Positions 47,731 through 57,820 are shown, numbered from the stretch's first letter. The stretch is DNA of 64,000 nt from a candidate division WOR-1 bacterium RIFOXYB2_FULL_36_35 (GCA_001771505.1 MEUA01000010.1:3532-67531); one strand, 5' to 3'. The notes: generated by a model from the sequence alone, not told the origin. A program made the numbers and translations.

Positions 47731-48796
47731 ATAAAAATCTCCTCATATTTTTTTTAAATATCTCTTTACTAAACTTTTCAGAATGTTCTCTTAATTGTTT
47801 TTTATCAAACTTCATCTTTTCGAAACATTTAACCGCTTCTATCAAAGCATTTATGGTTTGTTCATAAAAAAAGACACCTGTCTTATCTTTTATTATAGTC
47901 TCTAGCGCTCCGCCGGCCGCATAAGCTATTGTTGGTCGTCCTGAAGCCGCAGCCTCAAGCGGAACTATCCCAAAATCCTCTTCCCCCGGAAAAACAAGCG
48001 CCCTGCACCCTAAATAAAGTCGCTTAAGCTCTTTTTCTGATACTTTTCCAAGAAAAAAGATATTATCCCCAGCTATCTTTTTTAAATTCGCTAAAGCAGG
48101 GCCTGCTCCAACAATTTTTAAAGGTAATTTTAATTCAGAAAAAGCTTTCACGGCCAAATCTATATTTTTGTATGCTGCCAAACGTGAAACTATTAAGAAA
48201 TAATCCCCATCTTCATAAGACACCCTAAATTCATCAACATTTACAGGTGGATATATTATATCAGAATCTCTTTTGTATATCGACTTTATACGTTCTTTAA
48301 TTTCTTTTGATATAGCAATAAAATAATTAACTCTTTTGGAAGTAAACAAATCCCATAGCTTTAAAGGATAAAGGAAAAAAGGGAGAATAAGCTTAACTAA
48401 TAAAGATAGGTCTTCTTTTTTCATATAATCTTTATATCGCCAAACAAAGCGCATAGGGTTATAACAGTAACAAACGTGTGTCGCATCTTTACGTTTTCTC
48501 ACCCCTTTTGCATAAGCAGAACTTGAAGAAATAATAAGATCAAAATCACGAAGATCAAAACTTTCAAAGGCAAAAGGATAAAACATAAAATATGCTCTAA
48601 AATTCTTAAAAATAAAAGGGAGCTTTTGCATAAAAGATGTTCTGATCTCCATAGATTGAAATTCTTCAGGAAAATTTTTAGAGTTATAAATAGAAGTAAA
48701 AATTGGAGCATCAGGAAACATCTCATGCAATACAGCAACTACCCGTTCCGCCCCGCCAAATTGATGCAAATAATCATGCACTATAGCGATTTTCAT
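47711..48796 (-). CDS. Glycosyltransferase family 4 (GT-B)
   Basis: C-terminal GT1/GT4 motif EEDFGIVPLEAAASGRPTIAYAAGGALETI. Confidence 0.8.
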   Translation of the reverse strand: MKIAIVHDYLHQFGGAERVVAVLHEMFPDAPIFTSIYNSKNFPEEFQSMEIRTSFMQKLPFIFKNFRAYFMFYPFAFESFDLRDFDLIISSSSAYAKGVRKRKDATHVCYCYNPMRFVWRYKDYMKKEDLSLLVKLILPFFLYPLKLWDLFTSKRVNYFIAISKEIKERIKSIYKRDSDIIYPPVNVDEFRVSYEDGDYFLIVSRLAAYKNIDLAVKAFSELKLPLKIVGAGPALANLKKIAGDNIFFLGKVSEKELKRLYLGCRALVFPGEEDFGIVPLEAAASGRPTIAYAAGGALETIIKDKTGVFFYEQTINALIEAVKCFEKMKFDKKQLREHSEKFSKEIFKKNMRRFLYENKIL

Positions 48797-49719
48797 TATT
48801 TAATATTTTTCACATGCCCTTTTTCAACCAGATATTCTTGTAACCCTTTTTCCCAGCTTGGCATACAATCCAAACCTATTTCTTTTAATCTCTTATTTTG
48901 CAAAACAGAATATTTAGGTCTTTGAGCTTTAGCTTCATAATTTTTAGAATTAGTTTTTTTTATATTTACCCCCACCCCCAAAATCTCAAAAATCTTATTT
49001 GCATACTCCCACCAAGTACATTCACCGTTATTGGTAACATGATACAATCCGTAATATTCCGTTCTAATTAATTTATTTATATTCTCAGCTAAATTACGGG
49101 TATAAGTAGGCGTAATTGTCTCATCGTCAACAATACTTAAACTCTCCCCATTTCTAAATCTTTTTATCATGTTTTCCACAAAATTCCCCCCCCCCTTTCC
49201 CAAACATCCCGCAGCGCCATACAAACCAGAAGTCCTTACAATAAAATATTTATCACACAAATATCTTATAAATTGTTCTCCTGCTAACTTAGAAATGCCA
49301 TAAGCTGTTTTTGGGTTTGGAATATCATCCTCAATATAAGGGGAACCTTTGTCACCATCAAAAACATAATCCGTAGAAATATGAACAAGAAGAGCTTTTA
49401 TGCCTTTACACGCCAAGGCTAAATTTTTAACTCCGTGGGAATTAACTTTATATGCCTCAAGATCATTATCTTCGCAATCATCCACACGATGATAGGCCGC
49501 GGTATTAATAATAATATCAGGCCGTATTTTTTTTACTACTGTATCACAAACAAATATGTTTGTGATGTCAATGTCAGAAATAGTAAGCGGAATTTGTTCC
49601 CTCTTATCTATAATTTTGCATAAATCTGAACCTAATTGCCCGTCCGCGCCAATAATTGCTATCTTCAAAATCTTTAACTCCTCTTTTTCAGATTCCAAGT
49701 ACAGGCAACCGACTACCAC
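48796..49719 (-). CDS. rmlD: dTDP-4-dehydrorhamnose reductase-like SDR (RmlD family)
   Basis: Glycine loop KIAIIGADGQLGSDL, catalytic Y..K (YGISKLAGE), ~290-aa RmlD substrate-binding architecture. Confidence 0.65.
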   Translation of the reverse strand: MVVGCLYLESEKEELKILKIAIIGADGQLGSDLCKIIDKREQIPLTISDIDITNIFVCDTVVKKIRPDIIINTAAYHRVDDCEDNDLEAYKVNSHGVKNLALACKGIKALLVHISTDYVFDGDKGSPYIEDDIPNPKTAYGISKLAGEQFIRYLCDKYFIVRTSGLYGAAGCLGKGGGNFVENMIKRFRNGESLSIVDDETITPTYTRNLAENINKLIRTEYYGLYHVTNNGECTWWEYANKIFEILGVGVNIKKTNSKNYEAKAQRPKYSVLQNKRLKEIGLDCMPSWEKGLQEYLVEKGHVKNIK

Positions 49720-49723
49720 ACAA

Positions 49724-50749
49724 CTAAAAAACTTTTCCTATAACTTTAAGTTTTTGTTCCATAGATACAAGTAATTTCATCCAATCAATATTATAATAAA
49801 TAGGATTTCGAAAGTCTGTATATTTTCCGGAATGCAATATATTATAAATCTCAAGAACCGCCTCTTTTACATCATGAATCGCTTCAAACCCCAATTTTTT
49901 ATTTATCTTTTCTCCGGAAATTCTATAACTTCTCGACTCCTTATTTCCGAACAAAACCTCAACATTAACAGGAATAAAATCCTTTAAGATCTCTTTTACC
50001 CAGTGGCCCAATTCTAAAATTCTATAATTCTTATGCACCAGATTAAATATCTCCCCGCAAACTTTATCTTCGGAAGCATTTATTCCTTCTATATGAGCCA
50101 ATGCTACATCTTTTACATGTACCAAAGGCCGAAAATTATCTCCTGCACAATAGACAAAAATGTTTCCTTTGGAAAAAGCATCCTTAATCATGGTATTTAC
50201 CACAAGATCCCATCTCATACGCGAAGAAAACCCAAAAACAGTAGCTTGCCTAAATATAACAGGACAAAATTTCGAAGACACCATAGATAGCAATCCATTT
50301 TCCGCATTTAACTTTGACTCGGCATATTCCGATTGAGGGTTCGGCTTATAATTTTCATCGGCAATCGTATCAACATGAAATCCTATTATTGCCGCCGAAC
50401 TTGCAAAAGTAAAACGAGATACCCCTTTTTTCTTACATGCTTCCGCAACACGCATAGTACCATCAAAATTTATCTCTTTATTAGCTCTCGGATCAAATTC
50501 CGCGGTAGGATCATTGCTTAGAGACCCCAAATGGATAACAGCCTTTACGCCATCTAAAACATCTTCCGAAAATTGCCTGACATCCCCCTGTATTAAATCT
50601 ATCTTATGCTTAACCCCTTCTAAGGCAGAATCTCCAAAATAAAGTTTATCAAAAACACGAACCTTCTCCTCACGGGCAAGCAACTCTTTAACCAAAACAG
50701 CTCCAATATACCCCGCACCGCCTGTAACCAAAACAATTTCTTTTGTCAT
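49724..50749 (-). CDS. NAD-dependent nucleotide-sugar epimerase/dehydratase (extended SDR)
   Basis: VLVTGGAGYIGAVLVKELL Rossmann motif and YAESK catalytic dyad. Confidence 0.8.
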   Translation of the reverse strand: MTKEIVLVTGGAGYIGAVLVKELLAREEKVRVFDKLYFGDSALEGVKHKIDLIQGDVRQFSEDVLDGVKAVIHLGSLSNDPTAEFDPRANKEINFDGTMRVAEACKKKGVSRFTFASSAAIIGFHVDTIADENYKPNPQSEYAESKLNAENGLLSMVSSKFCPVIFRQATVFGFSSRMRWDLVVNTMIKDAFSKGNIFVYCAGDNFRPLVHVKDVALAHIEGINASEDKVCGEIFNLVHKNYRILELGHWVKEILKDFIPVNVEVLFGNKESRSYRISGEKINKKLGFEAIHDVKEAVLEIYNILHSGKYTDFRNPIYYNIDWMKLLVSMEQKLKVIGKVF

Positions 50750-50806
50750 AACAAAACCCCTTTAAGAAAATGAAAAATGAAAAACAATATGGTTATTAAT
50801 TTTATC

Positions 50807-51403
50807 CTAAAAAAGCTCTCCATTCAATAAATAGTGAATTAGCTTAATGTACTCAAAAGCTATCGGCTCCGTATCTTCTCGCCTTGTCCACCAGGAATCT
50901 GGGTTTAACGCAGAAGCTTGAACAGGATAGCTCAAAACCCTTATGTTTTCCTTTAAACAGTATTTACGAGCAACAGCTCGAGCCCGTCTTGCGTGAAAGG
51001 GAGATGTAACTAAAATAATTGTCTTGGCGTTAAGCCTTTTTAAAATTGGAATTGAATATTTAATATTTCCAAGGGTTGATAATGATTTTTCTTCCATAAA
51101 AATATTTTTAGGCGGAACACCTAACGCAATTGCCTGGCTTTTCATATTTTGAGCGCTGGTTAATTTCCATATAATCGGGCCTCCGCTCATTAATATCTTG
51201 GGAGCATAGCCTTCTTTGTAAAGTTTTACGGCTTGATCAACCCTCTCCCCATTGCTATCTCCCGCAAGCACCAAAATAACATCGGATTTTTCAGGCTTAT
51301 CCTGAACCACCAGAAAATCATACATTTTATCAAAAATAAAAGGATGAAATAAAACAACAAAAAGAACAAGAGCAAAAATTACGATAAAAATTTTCTTAAA
51401 CAT
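50807..51403 (-). CDS. DUF218 (YdcF/SanA/ElyC-like) envelope-biogenesis protein
   Basis: TM anchor plus DUF218 core (VILVLAGDSNGERVDQAVKLYKEGYAPKILMSGG...ILVTSPFHARRA). The track ORF extends to 51457, but the Met at 51403 (MFKKIF) is the more plausible start. Confidence 0.55.
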   Translation of the reverse strand: MFKKIFIVIFALVLFVVLFHPFIFDKMYDFLVVQDKPEKSDVILVLAGDSNGERVDQAVKLYKEGYAPKILMSGGPIIWKLTSAQNMKSQAIALGVPPKNIFMEEKSLSTLGNIKYSIPILKRLNAKTIILVTSPFHARRARAVARKYCLKENIRVLSYPVQASALNPDSWWTRREDTEPIAFEYIKLIHYLLNGELF

Positions 51404-51800
51404 CTTTACCCCCGAAAGAATAATGCTTATGTCCAAAATAACTAGTAATAATAACAAGCCCTATGACAAAAATTTGCGCAATAACAGGACTTATTTTAAA
51501 AAACTCGACAATAACCGGCAACAAAACTAAATTCAAAATAAAAGCCACTCCGTAAACAAGATAAAACCTAATATATTCCTTCAAATAATCTCCTTTTGTC
51601 TTAAAAACAAAAAATTTATATCCGACATATGCGTTAGTTATGCTCAAAATGTTGCTGATCACCAGCAAAAAAAGATAATGAACATACAAAGAAAACAAGT
51701 AATACAATAAAACAAAAGAACCATAACCAAAAATTGTATTCCAAACACCTACAAGTAAATACGCGATTTTTTCTTTATGATTTATTAAAATTTTCTTCAC
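51396..51800 (-). CDS. GtrA-family small polytopic membrane protein (polysaccharide-associated)
   Basis: 134 aa with 4 TM helices and a GtrA-like N-terminus (YLLVGVWNTIFGYGSFVLLY). Confidence 0.6.
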   Translation of the reverse strand: MKKILINHKEKIAYLLVGVWNTIFGYGSFVLLYYLFSLYVHYLFLLVISNILSITNAYVGYKFFVFKTKGDYLKEYIRFYLVYGVAFILNLVLLPVIVEFFKISPVIAQIFVIGLVIITSYFGHKHYSFGGKDV

Positions 51801-51808
51801 ATTAATTT

Positions 51809-52738
51809 TTAAAAATTGATACGCTCTTCTTCAATAACAAGAGGCCTTTTTAAAACCTGGGTATGAATAGAACCTATATATTCACCTATTATACCTATAA
51901 AAAACAGTTGGACAGACGAAAAGAAAAACAGGCCTATTACCAAAGGAGCAATACCAACATCAAAATTATTCCAGAAGATAAGTTTATAGATCAAGTAACC
52001 AAAAGCCACAAAAATACTCATAGTTGAAACAAAAAAACCAAGCATCGTAGCTAATCTTAACGGAACTTTTGAGTAACTGGTAATGCCAAGCATTGCAACA
52101 TCATACAGATTATAAAAATTATTTTTTGCCCTCCCCTTTTCTCTTTTAGGCTGAGCATATTCTATTTTTGCAACCTCAAACCCAATTTCACAAATAAGGC
52201 CTCTAAAATACGGATAAGGATCTTTTATCGTTCTTAGCACATCCACGATTTTTTTATCGTATAATCCAAAGCCAAAAAAGTTTTTAATTTGTTTAATCTC
52301 TGAAAGTTTTTCTATGATGTCATAAAAAAGATTTCTAATGCCAAACATCAAAAAAGATTCCTTACTCTCCTTTTTCACCCCCACAACAATTTTATACCCC
52401 TCTTCCCATTTTTTTAAAAAATCCGCTATCATCTCAGGAGGATCCTGCAAATCCGAAGCTATATTGGTAACAGCATCCCCTTTTGCCTGCAAAATAGCAT
52501 GATAAGGAGACCGAATCCATCCAAAGTTCCTGCTGTTAACTATAATCTTAACTCTTTTATCTTCCTGCGCTATTTTTTTTAAGATACTAACCGTTTTATC
52601 TTTTGAATCGTTATCGATAAAAATATGTTCATAGGAATATTGTGTAAGGCCCTCAAAAACTTTTTTAACCCGCTTATACACCTCTTCAATATTTTCCTCT
52701 TCATTATAAGAATGAGTAACAACACTAATTAATTTCAT
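51809..52738 (-). CDS. Glycosyltransferase family 2 (polyprenyl-phosphate hexose synthase-like, DPM1/GtrB type)
   Basis: LISVVTHSYNEEENI, the DxD region (IFIDNDSKD), and C-terminal TM helices typical of GtrB/ArnC-like enzymes. Confidence 0.8.
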   Translation of the reverse strand: MKLISVVTHSYNEEENIEEVYKRVKKVFEGLTQYSYEHIFIDNDSKDKTVSILKKIAQEDKRVKIIVNSRNFGWIRSPYHAILQAKGDAVTNIASDLQDPPEMIADFLKKWEEGYKIVVGVKKESKESFLMFGIRNLFYDIIEKLSEIKQIKNFFGFGLYDKKIVDVLRTIKDPYPYFRGLICEIGFEVAKIEYAQPKREKGRAKNNFYNLYDVAMLGITSYSKVPLRLATMLGFFVSTMSIFVAFGYLIYKLIFWNNFDVGIAPLVIGLFFFSSVQLFFIGIIGEYIGSIHTQVLKRPLVIEEERINF

Positions 52739-52755
52739 ATTAAAAAATCTCCATT

Positions 52756-53805
52756 TTATTTTCCAAGATATTCTTCTATCTGATTAAAACAGATTGCTTT
52801 TACATCCTGTTTTTGCAGATAACAGTTTAGCCAATCAATGATTTTATCAAGAGCAGTTTTCAATGTCCATTTCGGATCCCAGTTTAATCTTGTTCTTGCT
52901 TTTGTTGAATCCAAGATCAAACAAGTCGTTTCATGGGGATGATCATTTGAATCAATTTCAAATCCATCTCCTTCTCCCAATCGCGTATACAAGTAATCTA
53001 AAATCCACTTAACAGATTTGATGTCTTTCTTGTCCGGCCCGAAATTCCATGCTTCTGAATATTTTTTGCTGTTTTCAACAAGTTTTTGAGCCAATATAAG
53101 ATAACCGCTCAATGGCTCTAAAACGTGTTGCCAAGGTCTTATCGAATTCGGATTTCTAATAAGAAGCTTTCTCTTAAACAGAATAGCCCTGAAAAAATCG
53201 GGAATCAACCTATCTTTCGCCCAGTCCCCACCCCCTATAACATTCCCGGCTCTTGCAGTTGCGATTCCAATAGACCCAAAAAAAGAATCTCTGTAAGCAG
53301 ATGTTACAATCTCCGAACAGGCTTTGCTGCTGGAGTAAGGATCATGCCCACCCAAAACCTCATCTTCTTTATATCCTGTTTTCTTCTCCCTATTTTGATA
53401 ACACTTATCTGTCGTAACATTTATAACAGCCTTTATGCTTTTACAACTTCTTGCAGCTTCCAAAAGGTTAACTGTTCCTATAACATTGGTAGTATAAGTT
53501 TCAACAGGATCTTTATATGATGCTCGCACTAAAGGCTGCGCTGCCATATGGATTACCACATCAGGAGCAGCTTTTAACATCGACTTTTTAAGTTCCCTAC
53601 CATTCCTAACATCATCAATTACAGAAGTTATTAAATTATCAATACTACAAAGCTCAAACAAATTAGGTTTTGTCGGAGGTTTAAGCGCATACCCCGTAAC
53701 CTTAGCGCCTAAATAAGAAAGCATTAAACATAGCCATGAACCTTTAAATCCGGTATGACCAGTAACAAAAACTCTCTTATTTTTCCAGAATATTTTATTG
53801 ACCAA
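52756..53805 (-). CDS. CDP-glucose 4,6-dehydratase-like extended SDR
   Basis: VFVTGHTGFKGSWLCLML Rossmann motif, YSSSKACSE catalytic motif, and overall RfbG-like length and architecture. Confidence 0.7.
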   Translation of the reverse strand: MVNKIFWKNKRVFVTGHTGFKGSWLCLMLSYLGAKVTGYALKPPTKPNLFELCSIDNLITSVIDDVRNGRELKKSMLKAAPDVVIHMAAQPLVRASYKDPVETYTTNVIGTVNLLEAARSCKSIKAVINVTTDKCYQNREKKTGYKEDEVLGGHDPYSSSKACSEIVTSAYRDSFFGSIGIATARAGNVIGGGDWAKDRLIPDFFRAILFKRKLLIRNPNSIRPWQHVLEPLSGYLILAQKLVENSKKYSEAWNFGPDKKDIKSVKWILDYLYTRLGEGDGFEIDSNDHPHETTCLILDSTKARTRLNWDPKWTLKTALDKIIDWLNCYLQKQDVKAICFNQIEEYLGK

Positions 53806-55684
53806 TGTTTACTATTATCTTTCCTTTTTGTAAAACGTTATAAATACCTTCCGCATCCAATTTCAACATTTTTAAAATTTCCGATCTCGTGCCATGTTCT
53901 ATGTATTGGTCAGGAAGGCCAAGCTTCAAAACAGGTTTATTGATCTTGTTTTCACTTAAAAGATCGATAACAGCGGAACCAAACCCGCCATTAACAGAAC
54001 CTTCTTCAAGTGTCACAATAGTTTCAAAACTGGTAACCATTTCTAAAATAAGATCTTTATCAATAGGTTTTGCAAAACGCGCGTTTACAACAGTTGTATC
54101 ACCCATTCTCTTGGCTACTTCCATTGCAGTATAAACCATAGAGCCCAAAGCCAAAATCAAAACTTTAGGCAAACCAGATTTTGAAACGACCTCAGCTTTA
54201 AAAAGTTCCATGTTTTTAAAATTATCATCAAGTCTTGTTGCTATCCCTTCACCTTTTGGGAATCTAATCGCCACAGGAGAATTAAGATTTATAGCCGTAA
54301 AAAGCATGTGTTGCAATTCATTTTCATCTTTCGGAGCCATTATTATAATGTTAGGAATAGTCCTAAGATAAGAAATATCAAAAAACCCATTGTGGGTTGG
54401 GCCGTCTTCTCCCACAATCCCCGCCCTATCTACAATAAAAACAACAGGCGCATTTTGCAAACAAACATCATGATGAATTTCGTCATATGCCCGTTGTAAA
54501 AAAGTTGAATAAATAGCAACTACAGGTTTTAATCCCCCTTTTGCAAGCGCTCCTGCAAATGTCACAGCATGTTCTTCCGCAATGCCAACATCAAAAAATC
54601 TGTTAGGGAATTTTTCCGCGAAGAGTTCAAGCCCTGTACCATCAACCATGGCGGCTGTTACCGCGACTATATTTGTATTCTTTTCCGCGATTTTCGCAAT
54701 CGCCTGACCAAAAACCTGGGTATAGGTTTTCTTATGATTGCCATTTTTCAATGTTTTTCCCGATTCTATGTCGAAAGGACCCGTACCATGAAACTTTGTC
54801 GGATTTTCTTCCGCGGAAATATATCCCTTCCCTTTCTTGGTCAAAATATGTAATAAAACCGGCCCATTAATCTCTTTTGCATGATGAAGAGTGCTCATAA
54901 GAAGTGGAAGGCTATGCCCATCAATCGGACCGAAATACTTAAACCCCATCTCTTCAAAAATAACATCAATTTTAAGTCCTGTAACTATATGGCGGGTCCT
55001 CTCTTTTAATTTTCGTGCAGATTCAAAAAGAGACTTTCCTTGAGGAAGTTTTTTAACCAGATTTTCCACTCTACCGCTCAACTCGTTATAAAAATTCGAA
55101 GTACGCACAACAGTCAAATATTTAGAAAGCGAACCCACATTTTTTGATATGGACATTTCATTATCATTTAATATTATAATCATGTTGCTTTTTAAAGAAC
55201 TCGCGTTGTTAATTCCTTCAAATGCCAAGCCACTGGACAAAGCGGCATCTCCAATAACAGCTATCACAGAATAATTTTCACCTTTTATATCTCTTGCATG
55301 AGCCAACCCCAATGCCTGAGAAATAGAAGTAGAGGCGTGACCTACCGTAAAAATATCATGAGGGCTTTCGGAACTATTTGGAAAACCGCTTATTCCTTTG
55401 AATTGCCGTAAAGAGTAGAACTTGTCTTTTCTGCTTGTCAATATTTTATGGGCATAAGCCTGGTGCCCCACATCCCAAATTATTTTATCTTTTGGGGATT
55501 CAAAAGTAGAATGAAGGGCAATAGCAAGCTCTACCGCTCCAAGACTGGAGGCAATATGTCCGCCAGTTTTCGATACAACTTTAATTATAATTGCCCTTAC
55601 TTCATCTACCAATTGTTGCAATTGTTTTGCAGATAGATGCCTTAAAGTTTCAGGCAATTTTAGTTCATCCAATAAACGTTTCAT
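53795..55684 (-). CDS. dxs: 1-deoxy-D-xylulose-5-phosphate synthase
   Basis: ThDP-binding GDG motif (VIGDGALSSGLAFEGINNA), the DXS histidine region (GHASTSIS), and transketolase-like domains. Confidence 0.9.
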   Translation of the reverse strand: MKRLLDELKLPETLRHLSAKQLQQLVDEVRAIIIKVVSKTGGHIASSLGAVELAIALHSTFESPKDKIIWDVGHQAYAHKILTSRKDKFYSLRQFKGISGFPNSSESPHDIFTVGHASTSISQALGLAHARDIKGENYSVIAVIGDAALSSGLAFEGINNASSLKSNMIIILNDNEMSISKNVGSLSKYLTVVRTSNFYNELSGRVENLVKKLPQGKSLFESARKLKERTRHIVTGLKIDVIFEEMGFKYFGPIDGHSLPLLMSTLHHAKEINGPVLLHILTKKGKGYISAEENPTKFHGTGPFDIESGKTLKNGNHKKTYTQVFGQAIAKIAEKNTNIVAVTAAMVDGTGLELFAEKFPNRFFDVGIAEEHAVTFAGALAKGGLKPVVAIYSTFLQRAYDEIHHDVCLQNAPVVFIVDRAGIVGEDGPTHNGFFDISYLRTIPNIIIMAPKDENELQHMLFTAINLNSPVAIRFPKGEGIATRLDDNFKNMELFKAEVVSKSGLPKVLILALGSMVYTAMEVAKRMGDTTVVNARFAKPIDKDLILEMVTSFETIVTLEEGSVNGGFGSAVIDLLSENKINKPVLKLGLPDQYIEHGTRSEILKMLKLDAEGIYNVLQKGKIIVNIGQ

Positions 55685-55695
55685 AATTAATCAAA

Positions 55696-56151
55696 TTAAA
55701 AAATGATTGTATATGCTAATACAGCGGTAATAACTCCCAAAAGTCCTCCGATAAAAACTTCAAAAGGAGTATGGCCTATAAGCTCTTTCATTTTTTCCTT
55801 TTCAGAAACTTTTTCCGAGTATATATCTTCTATGATTTTATTGAGTACAACAGCCTGCTGACCCGCCGCAAAACGAACCCCCATAGCATCATACATAACA
55901 ATAATTGAAAAAACCACAGCTACCGCAAAAATAGGAGATGAAAACCCTTCCGTTAAACCTATCATAAGAGTCATCGCGGACGACATGGACGAATGGGTAG
56001 AAGGCATCCCCGCGGCTTGAAAAAAATGGCTGGGATTAAATTCTTTATCCTTAAAATAATAATAAATTATTTTTAAAGTTTGAGAAAGCAAAAAAGCAAT
56101 TCCACCTGTTAGCAGCGGCACATTTGATAAAAGCATTGTTATCGTATTCAT
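55696..56151 (-). CDS. DUF212 / divergent PAP2-family membrane protein (YuiD-like)
   Basis: 151 aa with a GMPSTHSSM motif and four TM helices. Confidence 0.65.
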   Translation of the reverse strand: MNTITMLLSNVPLLTGGIAFLLSQTLKIIYYYFKDKEFNPSHFFQAAGMPSTHSSMSSAMTLMIGLTEGFSSPIFAVAVVFSIIVMYDAMGVRFAAGQQAVVLNKIIEDIYSEKVSEKEKMKELIGHTPFEVFIGGLLGVITAVLAYTIIF

Positions 56152-56179
56152 TTATTTAAAACTCCATTTAAAAATTTGA

Positions 56180-56294
56180 GACTGTTGCGTAATGACAGTT
56201 TTTGCGATTTGTCATCCCCGCGAAAGCGGAGATCCATTTTGTTTCCTGAGAAATAGATTCCCGTTTTCACGGGAATGACCATTTCGCAACAGTC
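56180..56294. repeat. Family-2 MITE-like element (115 bp, imperfect 17-19-bp TIRs GACTGTTGCGTAATGACAG / TGACCATTTCGCAACAGTC, two internal hairpins)
   Basis: Contains the hairpins ATCCCCGCGAAAGCGGAGAT and ATTCCCGTTTTCACGGGAAT. Homologous, in inverted orientation, to 43822-43960. Confidence 0.8.
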
Positions 56295-56321
56295 CCAATT
56301 TAGTAAATAAGCAATGAGTTA

Positions 56322-57167
56322 TCACTTTTCCCTGTTTACCACAAAATCAGCCAATAAAACCAAATTTTCAGCCTTTTTACCAAATTGATTCAAAGCTTTT
56401 TTTGCCTTTTTTGAATGAAAAGAAGCCATTTTTTTTGCTTCTTCCACCCCTAAAATTGAAACATAAGTCGATTTCTTATTTTTTTCATCCAACCCGGCAG
56501 GCTTTCCTAATGCTTTACTGTCAGACGTTGCGTCTAGTATATCATCAGCTATTTGAAATGCCAACCCCAAATGATATCCATAATTAGAAAAGGCTTTTAA
56601 TTGCTTATCTTTGGCTCCTCCCAAAATTCCCCCGATTTTTAAAGATGCCTGTACAAGAGCCGCTGTTTTCAAAAGATGCATCTCTCTTAATTTTTTCAAA
56701 CCAACGTTTTTCCTTTCTGCCTGTATATCTATAACCTGACCATATACAACATTAATTAAAGCGCGGGACAAGCAAGAGATAACCTGCGCCACCTTCGCGG
56801 GTTTACAATTTTTTGCAATTACTTCAAATGCAAGAGTATTTAAAGCGTCTCCCGCCAACAACGCTATATCTTCACCAAAAATTTTATGACAGGACGGTTT
56901 CCCTCGTCTCAAATCAGAATTATCCATACAGGGAAGATCATCATGTATTAAAGTAAAGGTGTGGATCATTTCTATGGCGCAAGCAGCGGGAATTACATCG
57001 GCTTTTTTGCCACCGCAAATTTTACAGGCCTCCAGGGACAAATAAGAACGGAATCTTTTGCCGCCAATCATAGCTGAATATCTCATGGCAGAAGACAAAG
57101 ATGATTTATCTTTCGGGAGATATCTTTTTAGCGCGGCATCTATCTGTTTTATAAATATTTTGTCCAC
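56322..57167 (-). CDS. ispA: Polyprenyl diphosphate synthase (farnesyl/geranylgeranyl diphosphate synthase)
   Basis: FARM LIHDDLPCMDNSDLRRGKP and SARM FQIADDILD motifs. Confidence 0.8.
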   Translation of the reverse strand: MDKIFIKQIDAALKRYLPKDKSSLSSAMRYSAMIGGKRFRSYLSLEACKICGGKKADVIPAACAIEMIHTFTLIHDDLPCMDNSDLRRGKPSCHKIFGEDIALLAGDALNTLAFEVIAKNCKPAKVAQVISCLSRALINVVYGQVIDIQAERKNVGLKKLREMHLLKTAALVQASLKIGGILGGAKDKQLKAFSNYGYHLGLAFQIADDILDATSDSKALGKPAGLDEKNKKSTYVSILGVEEAKKMASFHSKKAKKALNQFGKKAENLVLLADFVVNREK

Positions 57168-57211
57168 TGACTAAATTATTGCATAAGATAAGATTATGGG
57201 CAAATATTTTA

Positions 57212-57248
57212 GCCCGAATTATTACATCGGAATAAATAATCGGGATTA
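57212..57248. repeat. Degenerate family-1 palindrome (CCCGAATTATT...AATAATCGGGATTAA)
   Basis: Imperfect arms. Lies between the 3' end of the 184-aa ORF and the 5' end of ispA. Confidence 0.4.
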
Positions 57249-57800
57249 ATATATTATGCGTGACGAATCAATCATTACACCGGCGCCAAACATAAGGTGA
57301 TCGGAATTTGTCATCTCTAATATGCCAACGTAATAAACATCTTCATCCTCGGTCTTTGAAATAACAAGAGCGTCCTGCCCTCGTTTAGTTAAAATTCCAT
57401 TCATAGCAAGATCGGAAGAGCAAGCTACAAGATTTATTATTTCAAGTTGATGTTGTTCTCTCAGTAAATAAACCACGGAGTTACTAGCATCACCAGAACA
57501 ATCCAATATTGAATTAACAAAATGACTATTAGCTGTTTTCAGGATTACAATTAGTTCTGGTATGTCAGCAGATGGGAATCTTGTACAAATAACTTCTAAA
57601 GAATGAACTTCTCCTCTAGACCTTGGATGTCCAAAATGTGGATGCATAGTCAATCCTCCAATTAATCTTTTCATTAATGGTGAATCTGTCTCTCTAGGCA
57701 TAACAGGAAACTCCAACCCATTACTTCTTCGTTTAAAAGTAGAGACTGGACTCTTTCCAATGTCTGTAGACCTAAAACCTGAATTAATTTGTATTGACAT
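57246..57800 (-). CDS. Hypothetical protein, 184 aa
   Basis: ORF flanked on both sides by family-1 elements. No motif recognised. Confidence 0.4.
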   Translation of the reverse strand: MSIQINSGFRSTDIGKSPVSTFKRRSNGLEFPVMPRETDSPLMKRLIGGLTMHPHFGHPRSRGEVHSLEVICTRFPSADIPELIVILKTANSHFVNSILDCSGDASNSVVYLLREQHQLEIINLVACSSDLAMNGILTKRGQDALVISKTEDEDVYYVGILEMTNSDHLMFGAGVMIDSSRIIY

Positions 57801-57820
57801 AATTAGCTCCTTTTTTATAT

